A model generated the notes under the pieces. It had not been told where the DNA came from. It saw only the letters and a program-made list of their open reading frames with translations, and did no database searches. The translations under genes were made by a program, and so were the position numbers. A DNA stretch of 64,000 bases, taken from positions 118,182 to 182,181 of the forward strand of contig CAVYCV010000008.1 in NCBI GenBank assembly GCA_963767165.1, written 5' to 3'. Below are positions 19,940 to 30,190 of this stretch, piece after piece (positions within the stretch are counted from its first letter, which is position 1; each line of letters opens with the position of its first letter). The DNA comes from an uncultured Chloroflexia bacterium (lineage in GTDB: Bacteria > Chloroflexota > Limnocylindria > Limnocylindrales > CSP1-4).

Positions 19940-22168
19940 ATGCACGTCCGCCCGACCTCCGCCGCCTCATCGAGGAACGTCATGACCGGAACGTCTGCCC
20001 AGACCCAGACTGGAACGTCCGCCGCGACCACGGACGCCGTCGACCCGCGCCGCGCGAGCCGCGGTCAGGTCCTCGTCATCTTCGCGGGCGCACTCCTGCT
20101 GCTGATGATGATGACGGCGCTCGTGGTCGACGTGTCCTGGTACTGGGTCAACTCCCTGCGCGTGCAGCGAGCGGCCGACGCGGCCGCCCTGGCGGGCGCC
20201 GTGATGCTCCCCAACAAGCAGTCGCAGGCCTACACCCTCGCATACGAGGAGGCCTCGAAGAACGGCTATCCGGTCGGGAGCGGGACCACCGTCACGCCCC
20301 GTCAGGATCCCGCCAACGACCGACGGCTCATCGTGACGATCCACGCCCCGATCGGCACGTTCTTCATGCGCGTCATCGGGATCGACTCGATCGGAGTCAC
20401 ACGAACCTCGAAGGCCGAGTTCACGCTGCCCGTCCCGATGGGCAGCCCGCAGAACTACTACGGCGTGGGCTTCTTCGAGGGCCGGGTCTCGACGACGACC
20501 CCGGTCCCGGCCAACACCGATTGGCAGAATCCGGCGCTCTCGGTGACGGGCGGGCAGTGGTCCAACCCGGATCGCGCCTTCACCGACAACAACTCCTACA
20601 CCACCGAAACCACGAACAACGATCTCCAGCAATGGACCACTTTCGACTTGCAGGGCCTCATCCCGGCCAGCGCCACGATCGACGGCCTCGAGGTGCGCCT
20701 CACGGACGTCAGCATCACCGGCGGTGACGACACCAACTGCCGCGTGACCGTCAATACCTCCTGGAACGGCGGCGCGACCTGGTCGTCCAACGCCCAGACG
20801 ACGCCCTTGTCGGCGCTGGTCAACGACGACAGGACGGTCGGTTCGAACGCGAACACCACGGTCTGGGGCGGCCACAGCTGGGACCGGGCCGACTTCTCGA
20901 ACGCCAACTTCCGTGTTCGCCTGACCTGGCGAGACGGGATCGCGAACTGCCCGTCGGCCCTCGGGGTCCAGCTCGACATGCTCGAAGTTCGCGTCCAGTT
21001 CCATACGACCACGACGACCTGGACGACACAGACCCTGAGCGTCCCGGATCCCAGCGGCGGCACGCTGGCGTCCCAGGGCTTCTGGGGCGCGATCTTCACC
21101 TCGGGTGGGTGGCGCGAGAACGGCGACCGGTACGCCCCGTCGTTCATCGGCAACGGCACCGGCGCCCCGTCGGGCAGCGCGAACCCCGACTACGACCCGA
21201 ACGGCTACGACTACCTCGTCGAGGTCGGCGGCAGCGGAGACATCCGCCTGTTCGATCCGATCTTCTGCGCCACCGGCTCGAACGGCCATGGCGGCCTGTT
21301 CGGCGCGGGCGACCACTGGACCAGCCCGACCGGCAACGCCGGAGCTGCCAACTTCACGGGTGGGCCGGTCGGCGTCACGTACACGCTGTATGACACCAAG
21401 GGCACCCCGGCGAACCCGACCGATGACGGCAGCCCGGTGATCTCACCCCTTGTCTACGACCCGGGGACCAAGACCCTGGGTGACTTCAGCGGGGCGTTCG
21501 GGACGCCGGACAACAACCAGGATCCCGACCGCCAGGATTGCGCGACGAACCCGGCGCACAACCAGTGGGTGAAGCTCAACAACACGCCGCTGAATGCCGG
21601 CGTCTACCGGCTCAACGTCAACACCAGCCTCGACCCCGCCAACATCCAGACCGGTGCGGAGAACCTCTTCTCCATCTGGGTCCAGGGCAGCGGCGGGAAC
21701 GCCCGCGTCTACGGCAGCGGCAGGATGGCGGCCTACACGAACCTCGACGCCGGCAACCAGACCTTCTACTTCTCCCAGATCGAGAAGGTCCACGCCGGCA
21801 AGCAGCTCGAGATCCAGCTGTTCGACCCCGGCGAGTCGTCGGGCAACGCGTTCCTGCGCTTCCTGAACCCCGACGGCAACAACTACAACTACGCCACGTT
21901 CGACTGGGTCTCGGACGACGGTCGCTCCGGGAACAACGTCACGTCCCTCCAGACGGCGATCAACGGCGCGGCCCAGTTCAACAACCGGCTCGTGACGATC
22001 ACCATCGATCTCCCGAACACCTACGGCTCGGTCGGCCTGAACCCGCCAGGCGACATCACGACCGAGGAGGGCTGGTGGCGGATCGAATACAACATCAACG
22101 CCGCCAACGACACCACGACCTGGCAGGTCACGATCCGGGGCAACCCCGTCCATCTCGTCCTGCCCTGA
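19940..22168 (+). CDS. tadG: TadG-like large pilin/adhesin (742 aa) with a beta-rich extracellular region
   Basis: GQVLVIFA, VVDVS..Y, QRAADAAALAGA; Thr/Asn/Gly-rich C-terminal region. Confidence 0.85.
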   Translation: MHVRPTSAASSRNVMTGTSAQTQTGTSAATTDAVDPRRASRGQVLVIFAGALLLLMMMTALVVDVSWYWVNSLRVQRAADAAALAGAVMLPNKQSQAYTLAYEEASKNGYPVGSGTTVTPRQDPANDRRLIVTIHAPIGTFFMRVIGIDSIGVTRTSKAEFTLPVPMGSPQNYYGVGFFEGRVSTTTPVPANTDWQNPALSVTGGQWSNPDRAFTDNNSYTTETTNNDLQQWTTFDLQGLIPASATIDGLEVRLTDVSITGGDDTNCRVTVNTSWNGGATWSSNAQTTPLSALVNDDRTVGSNANTTVWGGHSWDRADFSNANFRVRLTWRDGIANCPSALGVQLDMLEVRVQFHTTTTTWTTQTLSVPDPSGGTLASQGFWGAIFTSGGWRENGDRYAPSFIGNGTGAPSGSANPDYDPNGYDYLVEVGGSGDIRLFDPIFCATGSNGHGGLFGAGDHWTSPTGNAGAANFTGGPVGVTYTLYDTKGTPANPTDDGSPVISPLVYDPGTKTLGDFSGAFGTPDNNQDPDRQDCATNPAHNQWVKLNNTPLNAGVYRLNVNTSLDPANIQTGAENLFSIWVQGSGGNARVYGSGRMAAYTNLDAGNQTFYFSQIEKVHAGKQLEIQLFDPGESSGNAFLRFLNPDGNNYNYATFDWVSDDGRSGNNVTSLQTAINGAAQFNNRLVTITIDLPNTYGSVGLNPPGDITTEEGWWRIEYNINAANDTTTWQVTIRGNPVHLVLP

Positions 22169-22310
22169 CCTGGAACCTGTCCGGGGGATCGCGCCCGGTC
22201 GAGGCTCGGCTCTGACGACCGGCCCCGACCGGGCGCTTTCCTGTCCGGGGCCCTGATGGGTCTCGTCGCCATGGTGCGCGACGCCAACGCTATCGGCTTC
22301 CGGGTGTGGA

Positions 22311-22349
22311 CTTGTAAGGTCCCCGGCAAGGTGCCTCGCGGTACTTTTG
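22311..22349 (+). promoter_or_regulatory. Tad-cassette promoter motif, copy 2
   Basis: CTTGTAAGGT-N4-GGCAAGGTGCC-N3-CGGTACTTTTG. Confidence 0.75.
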
Positions 22350-22436
22350 CCTTCCTATCGAACCGGTACTTTCGTCCAACAGTCATCCATCGAGAGGCGA
22401 AGCCGGCCGACAGGATCAAAAGGGGCCTTGTCGACC

Positions 22437-22886
22437 ATGATCCGCAATGAACGCTCGAAGCCAGCCACTGGTGCCCGATCGACCGTGCGCCACCGAGGCC
22501 GTGTCGGCCAGGCGATCGTCGAATTCGCGCTCGTCCTCCCGATCTTCCTTCTGATCCTCTGCGCGATCCTCGATTTCGGCGTGCTCTTGTACTCACGAAT
22601 GACGGTGATCAATGCCGCACGCGAAGGGGCGAGGGCGGCCACGCTCATGGCTGGCGAGCCCCCGAGCGCCATCCAGGCTCGGGCCGGCGATCGGGCGAAT
22701 GACGCTGCCGGCGGCCTCGATGTCGCCACGGTCACCACCTGCGGCGCGTGCAAGTCGGGTGATTTCGTGACCGTCACCGTCACGTATGACCATCACGCGT
22801 TCTTTCCCCTGCTGTTCGGCACCACGATCCCGATGAGCTCCACCGTCCAGATGGTCCTCGAAGAGACCGGGACGGGAGGCTCGTGA
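22437..22886 (+). CDS. tadE: TadE-like minor pilin
   Basis: GQAIVEFALVLP, ILDFG, AAREGAR. Confidence 0.9.
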   Translation: MIRNERSKPATGARSTVRHRGRVGQAIVEFALVLPIFLLILCAILDFGVLLYSRMTVINAAREGARAATLMAGEPPSAIQARAGDRANDAAGGLDVATVTTCGACKSGDFVTVTVTYDHHAFFPLLFGTTIPMSSTVQMVLEETGTGGS

Positions 22887-24415
22887 TGCGGCCCGGGGCC
22901 CGCGGCGTGCGGCAAGGCCCGCGCAAGGAACGCGGCCAGATCCTCGTCCTGTTCACGATGGTCCTCGTGGTCATCATGGGCATCACCGCCCTCGTGGTCG
23001 ATCTGGGTGTTCTCCGAAACAATCGACAGAGCCTCGCGAACGCCATGGACGCCGGGGCGCAGGCCGGCGGGACGATGATGCCCGTCGACGGTTCGCCGGG
23101 TCGGCCGGTGGGCGCCCCGACACCAGCGGATGTCAACGCCCTCATCACCGCCGCCGTCGAACGGACCTATCCGGGCCTCCAGAACCCCGGGAACTACACG
23201 ATCGGCTACAAGTGCCTGATCGGGGTCATGGCCGGCAATCCGGCGACGTTCGACAGCGGCGACATCGATGCCTTCATCCCGCTCGACTGCGACCCGAGCA
23301 GCTCGCACGGCGCGATGCCGACCGTTGCCGACTTCACGGGGGCCGGGCCGACTCGCAGCATCGACTGCGATCCAGATCGCGGAGACCGATGCAATGTGGT
23401 TGTGCTGACTGGCAACGTCACGACCGAATACTCCTTTGCGCGCGTCCTCGGCGTCGACCGCGGCGATACAGGCCTGGTGACGTCTGCCGCGTGTCAGGGG
23501 CTGTGCGGCGAGCTGCCAGATGACTCATTCGACGTCGTGATCGTGATCGACAATTCCTCGAGCATGGGCTCGCTGTCGCCCACCAGCGGCACACCGCCGA
23601 AGACCCGGATCGAGTGGGCCAAGCTGGCCGCGAATGAGCTCCTGGACTCGCTGTCCGCCGCTCGTGGCGACCACCAGGTGGGTGTCGTCAAGTACGCCGG
23701 GAACGCGACGGATCCGAACGCCGCGGTCGAACTCGTGCCCCTGAGCCCGGACTTCGCGGCCGTCAGGGCCGCGATCGCCCCGCTCGCCGGGAACGGCGGC
23801 AACACGCCGCTTCGGCAGGGCATGGCCTTGGGAGCGTCGGTCCTGACCGCTGGCTCGCGGGCCGGCGTGACCCCAGTCCTGATCATCCTCTCGGATGGTC
23901 GGCCCGTCCCGGACGATACGTCCGCCACAGGCGGGCGCCCCACAGCGGCCGAGGTCGCGGCGTTCCGGAACGCGGGGGCCCAGGTGTATGCGATCGCCAT
24001 CGGCGCGGGCGGGACCGGCTCGAGCAATCCTGACGTCCCGCTCATGCGGTCGCTGTCGAAGCCCAACGACGACTCACACTTCTTCCAGGTCATCAACGCC
24101 TCGTCGTTGCCGGACGTGTTCGGGCAGATCGCGGTGGAGCTCCTGAATCCACACTCCCATCTGATCCAGGTCTATCCGGCCCCGATCGTCACGGCTGTCT
24201 CGGGGGGCTCCAGCGTCACCATCACCGGCAAGTACTTCACCGGCGCGGAGCGCGTGACGTTCGGTGGCGACCCTGCCTCGTTCACCGTCAACAGCGATAC
24301 GTCCATCACCGCGACGGCACCAGCTGGACCGTCGGGCGACACCGTCCACGTTCGTGTGACCACCCAAGGAGGGAGCTCACCGGCCGTGGACGCCGACCGC
24401 TACACCTTCCCGTGA
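22883..24415 (+). CDS. tadG: TadG-like pilin with vWA and C-terminal IPT/TIG domains
   Basis: GQILVLFT; vWA DVVIVIDNSSSM, GNTP, ILSDG; IPT VTITG..F...VTFG, SDTSITATAP. Confidence 0.88.
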   Translation: MMRPGARGVRQGPRKERGQILVLFTMVLVVIMGITALVVDLGVLRNNRQSLANAMDAGAQAGGTMMPVDGSPGRPVGAPTPADVNALITAAVERTYPGLQNPGNYTIGYKCLIGVMAGNPATFDSGDIDAFIPLDCDPSSSHGAMPTVADFTGAGPTRSIDCDPDRGDRCNVVVLTGNVTTEYSFARVLGVDRGDTGLVTSAACQGLCGELPDDSFDVVIVIDNSSSMGSLSPTSGTPPKTRIEWAKLAANELLDSLSAARGDHQVGVVKYAGNATDPNAAVELVPLSPDFAAVRAAIAPLAGNGGNTPLRQGMALGASVLTAGSRAGVTPVLIILSDGRPVPDDTSATGGRPTAAEVAAFRNAGAQVYAIAIGAGGTGSSNPDVPLMRSLSKPNDDSHFFQVINASSLPDVFGQIAVELLNPHSHLIQVYPAPIVTAVSGGSSVTITGKYFTGAERVTFGGDPASFTVNSDTSITATAPAGPSGDTVHVRVTTQGGSSPAVDADRYTFP

Positions 24416-24444
24416 TCACCACGAGCCCACCCTGGCGGATCCCC

Positions 24445-24504
24445 TTCAAGCAGGCCGTGAACCAGTCGATCGGCGGCACGAAGCTCGTCAAGCTGCCGAC
24501 CTGA
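24445..24504 (+). pseudogene. Orphan 3' end of a TadG-vWA paralogue
   Basis: Reads FKQAVNQSIGGTKLVKLPT*, resembling the post-vWA segments FGQIAVELLNPHSHLIQV and FQAAAAELAGLHTHLVQP. Confidence 0.45.
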
Positions 24505-24525
24505 GTCCTCGACTCACCGAGGGCG

Positions 24526-24559
24526 CGAAAGCCCACCACGTTCGCGTGGTGGGCTTTCG
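24526..24559. terminator. Intrinsic (probably bidirectional) terminator
   Basis: Perfect 15-bp stem CGAAAGCCCACCACG / TTCG loop / CGTGGTGGGCTTTCG. Confidence 0.8.
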
Positions 24560-24606
24560 ACTGCCCGACTGGTGCGCGCCGCCAACGAAATCCGCAAAGG
24601 TGGGGT

Positions 24607-24645
24607 CTTGTAAGGTGCCGGGCAAGGTGCCATACGGTACTTTTG
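24607..24645 (+). promoter_or_regulatory. Tad-cassette promoter motif, copy 3
   Basis: CTTGTAAGGT-N4-GGCAAGGTGCC-N3-CGGTACTTTTG; the conserved blocks are identical to copy 2. Confidence 0.75.
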
Positions 24646-24652
24646 GCATCCG

Positions 24653-25126
24653 ATGCAACCAGGACCTTCGTACTACTCCGCCCACCGCACTCGACGCCGC
24701 TCGCGAACCCGCGGGCAGGCGCTCGTCGAATTCGCGGTCGTCCTCCCCGTCTTCCTCCTCATCCTCTCGGGGATCCTCGACTTCGGCTTCCTCCTGTACT
24801 CCCGGATGACGGTCATCAGCGCAGCCCGCGAAGGAGCCCGGGTGGCGATCGACGCGCCGAAGAGCACGCCGGCCCAGCAGGCCCAGATCCCGAACCTGGT
24901 CCAGACCAGGGTGAGCGATGCGGCGAGCGGCCTGAACCTCGCGGACCTGAGCGTCCAGATGCCGCCGCCCTGTGTCCCAAAGACCACCGCCTGCGCCTTC
25001 AACGGGACCGCCAAAGCCGGTGACTCCATCAAGGTCACCGTTACCTACCACTACCACTCGATCTTCCCGCTGCTGTTCGGGCAGACCATCGACATGAGTT
25101 CCACCGTCCAGATGGTCCTCGAGTAG
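24653..25126 (+). CDS. tadE: TadE-like minor pilin (paralogue of 22437..22886)
   Basis: GQALVEFAVVLP; shared LLYSRMTVI.AAREGAR and FPLLFG.TI.MSSTVQMVLE. Confidence 0.9.
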   Translation: MQPGPSYYSAHRTRRRSRTRGQALVEFAVVLPVFLLILSGILDFGFLLYSRMTVISAAREGARVAIDAPKSTPAQQAQIPNLVQTRVSDAASGLNLADLSVQMPPPCVPKTTACAFNGTAKAGDSIKVTVTYHYHSIFPLLFGQTIDMSSTVQMVLE

Positions 25127-25175
25127 CGACCTGGCGGGACATCCACCACGACGAGGGGTCCACACCTTGCTTCAC

Positions 25176-27556
25176 ATGAGGCGACACAAGCGCGGGCGTA
25201 AGCGCGGACAGATCCTTGTCCTGTTCGCCCTGGTCCTCGTCGTCATCCTGGCCTTCTCGGCCCTGGTCATCGACATCGGGCTCCTGCGCAACAACCGCAA
25301 CTCGCTGGCCAATGCGATGGATGCCGGAGCGCTCGCCGGGGGCACGCTGCTCCCGGTCGACGGCTCATCGGCGAGCGGCCCGCAGAACGCCGCAGATATC
25401 ACGGCCCTGATCAAGAAGACCGTGGCCGCGACGTATCCCGGCCTTCAGACCCCCGCCGACTACAAGATCGAGTTCCGGTGCCTGATCGGCGCGGACCCGG
25501 CGACCGGGGCCCCCTTGATCTCGCGGGACATCCCCATCGTCTGCAACCCGAGCCATGCGGTCGGCCACAACCCGCCGCGCACCAGCGACTTCATCGGCGC
25601 GGGATCGACGCGCAACTCCGCCTGCAATCCTTCAGCCGGCGACAAATGCAATGTCGTCCAGCTCAGGGGTGCGATCACCACGCAGTTCTCGTTCGGCCGC
25701 GCCGTCGGCGTCAACGGCGGATCCACTGGCACCATCACGTCGGCCGCGTGCAACGGCCCCTGCGGCGAACCTCCGTTCAAGCCGCTCGACGTCGTGGTCA
25801 TCATCGACCGGACCGGGAGCATGAGCGGCGACGAGAGGAACCTCCGCGACGCCGCGTCGGCCGTCCTCAAGGTGTACAACCCCGCGTTCCAGCATGTCGC
25901 GCTCGCCATGCTCGGCCCGAGCACGCTCACCAGGCAGTGCAACGGGACGAACTCGATCCCCCTCGACATCCTGCCGCAGCCGCAGACGCAGCCACCCAGC
26001 CTGCAGCAGGACGCATCTGCGGCCAACTCGACCAGCGGCGCCGGGACGCTGGCCATCGGTCGGCCGTCCAACAGCGGAACCAACATTGGTGGCCAGTTGT
26101 TGGTCGCGGGAATCACCGTCGACGGCGCAGGCAGCAATACGACACTGAGCGTCACCCCGCCGAGCGGCTGGACGCAGATACGGCGCACGAACAACGGCAA
26201 CAACATCTCCTCCTCAGCTACTACAAGTTCGCGGGCGCCAATGAACCGGTCCAGCTACACGTGGACGATCTCGCCGAACCGCCGGGCCGCCGGCGGGATC
26301 ATGCGGTATTCCGGTGTCAGCGCCTCGAATCCGATCGACGCGTCGAGTGGGCAGACACGGCAACGCCGCGAGTCAGAGGACCGCCGGGCGTCGATACGAT
26401 CCGTGGACGGACCGCGCTGATCGGCTTCTTTGCGATCCGACACGGGCACGACGCTTGCCGCGGCAAACGCCATGAACGAGGAGTTCGAAGTCAGCCAACG
26501 GGAACAACAACGGTTCTGGACCCGACCATCATCCGGCACCAGCGACACGAAGAGCAATCACGGATCGGCACAGGCGACCGCGACGCCGACGGCGCTGGCA
26601 CGAGCGACCGCTGGGCCGCTCAACTAGATCGCGCTCCGACCGAGTTCCGGTCGCGCCCGTCGTCCAGGAGTACGGCACCAACACCACGACGGACATGACG
26701 AAGTGGGTCGTGGTCCGCCTGACGGGGACCGGGCCTGCCGGGGATTTCATCAATGAGTCGTACCTCAATGGCGCCAACCTCAACACCAGCAGCTCGCTCG
26801 TCAAGGCGATCAACTGCGTCACGAGTTCGAACCTGTCCAGCACCGGCACGAACCTGGCCACGCCGCTGGAGATGGCCCGCGTCTACCTCCGCGACCACGG
26901 CCGGCCGGGGGTCAAGAAGGGCATCATCTTCGAGACCGACGGCGCCCCGAACTACGAGAACACCGGGGATCCGGCGAACTACACGTGTGCCGCCACACGC
27001 ACCGCTGCCGATGCGGCCAAGGCCGCGCCGAACGACATCGAGATCTTCACCGATCGGCTTCGACGTCGGGAACGAGAATTGCCCGGACGGCGGCGGTTCG
27101 GCGGTCAATCTCCTCGGTGGCATCGCCACGGGCCCGATCATCAACGGGTCGAACTGCAACAGCAATGGCAACGAGAACCGCGACGGCGACCACTTCTTCT
27201 GCGAGCCCGGGGGTTCGGACCTGACGCCAGTCTTCCAGGCGGCGGCCGCCGAGCTCGCCGGTCTGCATACCCACCTCGTTCAGCCGTATCCCGCCCCGAT
27301 CGTCAGCGCGATCAGCCCGTCGAGTGGTTCGCACAACGGCGGCAGGACGGTCACCATCACGGGCACCAACTTCACCGGCGCGGTCGCGGTCAAGTTCGGT
27401 GGCACGATACGCCAGCTCCTTCACGGTCCTGAGTGACACCTCGATCCGCGCGACGGCCCCTGCCGGAGCCAGACCGGCACGACCGTGGACATCCGGGTCA
27501 CGACCCCAGGTGGTTCGTCGCCGATCACCGGCGCCGACAAGTTCACCTACACCTGA
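25176..27556 (+). pseudogene. tadG: TadG-like vWA/IPT pilin broken by several frameshifts (pseudogene or assembly indels)
   Basis: GQILVLFA; DVVVIIDRTGSM; GTNLATP and IIFETDG in a later frame; IPT domain ending KFTYT* at 27556; frames switch repeatedly between about 26210 and 27480. Confidence 0.75.
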
Positions 27557-27680
27557 CGCGGCACGCTCGGGCCGATGCGGGCAGGCACCACCAAATCGCG
27601 GTCGCTGACCAACGGATCGCTGTCATATCCCGGGGCCGCCGACTAGAGTAGCGAGCACCACTCCGTAGGAACGGGATCAC

Positions 27681-28722
27681 GTGACCGACGTCGAAAAGCG
27701 CGTTCGCAGCCTCGGGCCTCTGAAGCTCGCCATCGTCGTGCTCGCGCTCGTCGCGATGGTCGTGCCGGTCGTGGCCGTGATGGCCGCCTCACCCGACCCC
27801 TCGACCGACGCTTCGGCCAGCGCGGCGGCCGCCAGCGCGTCGCCTGAGAGCTCGGCGACGTCGAGTCCGGCTCCCGCCAGCTCGGCCCCGGCCGCCGCTC
27901 CCGAAGCGTCCGCCCCGAACGGGCTCAAGCCCGACGCCTCCAAGCCGTCCGTCAAGAACGATGGCCAGCCCGGGAACCTCCGTGGCTTCGGCGGTGGGCG
28001 TGGCTTCGGCGGCGTCACGATCGCGGCCATCGATGGTTCGAAGCTCTCGCTCAAGACCGTGGACGGCTGGACGCGCACGATCGTCGTCACAGCCGACACG
28101 ACCATCACCAAGGGCGGCCAGGCGATCAAGGTGGGCGACCTCGACGTCGGCGACACCATCGTGTTCCGCCAGAAGCGCAACGACGACGGCACCTACAGCA
28201 TCGTCGCCATCGTCGTCCCGACGCCGAAGGCCGCGGGCGAGGTGACCGCGCTGACGTCGTCGACCATGACCCTCAAGGGCCGCGGCGACAAGACGCGGAC
28301 GATCACGCTCACCGGCTCCACGATCTACACCCTGGGCAAGACCAAGGGCGCCAAGTCGGACCTCGCGGTCGGCTCGCGTGTCGTCGTCGAAGGCACCATC
28401 AGCGGCGACACCTTCACGGCCCTGAGCGTGCACATCGCACTGTCGAATGCGGCGGGCGAGGTCACAGCGAAGACCGCGAACACGATCACGGTCAAGGGCC
28501 GCGGCGGCAAGACCACGGTGATCCACGTCTCCTCGGACACGATGTTCAAGGTCCGGGGCAAGGACGCGGCGACAGCTCGCCGACATCGCCGTCGGCGATC
28601 GTGTCGAGGCGCAGGGCACGCGCCGCGCCGATGGGTCGCTCGACGCACTGACCGTCCACGGGCGAGCGCCGCACGTCAAGGACTCGACGAAGGCTCCCGC
28701 CGCCTCGGCCACGCCCGGCTGA
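27681..28722 (+). CDS. DUF5666-like repeat exported protein (frameshift near 28575)
   Basis: Signal anchor, three beta-barrel repeats (DLDVGDTI, DLAVGSRVVVEG, DIAVGDRVEAQG in another frame); stop at 28720-28722. Confidence 0.65.
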
Positions 28723-28757
28723 TCGCCCCCGTCGAGGGCGCGACTACAATCGAGCCG

Positions 28758-29378
28758 ATGGCCTGGAACCCGTCCACAGACCCGTTCGCGTCCGACGCCC
28801 TTGCGACCACCGGGCGCCAGGAGGAGATCGAGCTCGTCGGTACCCACCTGCGGGTGATCGGGACGATCGCCCTCGGGCGGTTCGGTCGCCTGTCCGACCT
28901 GATCAACGCCTCGAGCGGCTACGTGCGCGTGCGGAACGCGCGCCTGCTGCTGAGAAACGGCGACCCCACGGACCTCGTCCTGCCCGAGATGATGTTCGAC
29001 AAGGACGAGATCTCGTTCATCGCCCAGCGCGCGCCGGAGAACCCGGGCCAGGCCTGGGGCATCGCGGGCGCTGGCGCGGCGACGGACTTCGGCGGGAACC
29101 CCGAGCTCGACCGCGCCCCGCGCCAATTCGTGATGTTCACGCCCGGCCACACCGTGACGGGGTTCGTCCATGTCTATGGCGAAACGGATCTCGCCGGCTT
29201 CGTCGAGTCCTCGGACCAGCGCTTCGTCTCGGTCGTCGACGTGACCACCCGCTCGCTCGCGGATCGCCGGGTCATCAACCACTTCAAGTTCGTGCTGATC
29301 AACCGGACGCAGATGATCGCCGCCTCCGAGGTCGGGCGAACGGGCGACGTCTCGCCCGAGGACGTCCCGGAGCTGTAG
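28758..29378 (+). CDS. Hypothetical protein with two internal repeats (DUF6812-like)
   Basis: Own TACAAT -10 box 7 nt upstream; RLSDLIN..GYV and DLAGFVE..RFV repeats. Confidence 0.65.
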   Translation: MAWNPSTDPFASDALATTGRQEEIELVGTHLRVIGTIALGRFGRLSDLINASSGYVRVRNARLLLRNGDPTDLVLPEMMFDKDEISFIAQRAPENPGQAWGIAGAGAATDFGGNPELDRAPRQFVMFTPGHTVTGFVHVYGETDLAGFVESSDQRFVSVVDVTTRSLADRRVINHFKFVLINRTQMIAASEVGRTGDVSPEDVPEL

Positions 29379-29425
29379 CCGGTCGGTCGGCCTTCGGGCC
29401 ACCGGGTCGCTGCTATCCTCCAGCC

Positions 29426-30190
29426 ATGCTCACAGGCGGATCGCCGGGCGGCTATGGCGCGGCGGCGCCGCGGATCCTCATCGTCGACGACGACCCCGAC
29501 CTCCTCGTCCTGCTCGCCGACCAGTTGCGCGCGGACGGCTACGAGATCACGACCGCCCGGGACGGCGTCGAGGCATCGCGGCGGCTCGAGACCGCCTGGC
29601 CGGACCTGCTGATCATCGACATGATGATGCCGCGCCGCGACGGCTTGTCCCTGGCACGGGAGATCAAGGCGATCGCGGACCTGCCGATCATCGTTCTCTC
29701 GGCGATCGATGCCGCCGACTCGAAGGCCGACCTCCTCGACGAGGTCGCCGAGGACTACGTCACCAAGCCCTACCACTATCCGGAGCTGCGAGCCCGGATC
29801 AACCGGGTCCTGCGCCGTCTCGGGGACAAGGTCCCGCGCCGGAGCCTGATCATGGGCCCGAGCCTGACCCTCGACCTGCATCGCCGGGAGGCGACCGTCG
29901 CGGGCACGGTGGTCAAGCTGACGCCCACCGAGTCGAGGCTGCTCTACGCGCTCGCGGCCAATCTCGGCAAGACCGTCTCCACGGACACGCTGCTGGTCCG
30001 CGGCTGGGCCGAGACCGAGGACGCCGACCCCTCGTACGTCTGGGTGACCATGCGCCGGCTCCGCCAGAAGCTCGAGGTCGACCCGAACCGACCGATCCAC
30101 CTGCTGACGGTCCGCGGCGTCGGTTACCGGCTCGTGGCGGCATCGGCGCCCTCGCGGCCGGGGGCATCGCTCGCCAGTGGCGGTGGTTGA
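29426..30190 (+). CDS. OmpR-family response regulator
   Basis: ILIVDDD, DLLIIDMMMP, DYVTKPY, LTPTE, TVRGVGYRL. Confidence 0.93.
   Translation: MLTGGSPGGYGAAAPRILIVDDDPDLLVLLADQLRADGYEITTARDGVEASRRLETAWPDLLIIDMMMPRRDGLSLAREIKAIADLPIIVLSAIDAADSKADLLDEVAEDYVTKPYHYPELRARINRVLRRLGDKVPRRSLIMGPSLTLDLHRREATVAGTVVKLTPTESRLLYALAANLGKTVSTDTLLVRGWAETEDADPSYVWVTMRRLRQKLEVDPNRPIHLLTVRGVGYRLVAASAPSRPGASLASGGG

Noticed and set aside
27681-29378. 565-aa ORF as a novel DUF5666-DUF6812 fusion
   Set aside because: A frameshift near 28575 joins two genes; the upstream gene's natural stop is at 28720 and the downstream gene has its own -10 box and ATG.
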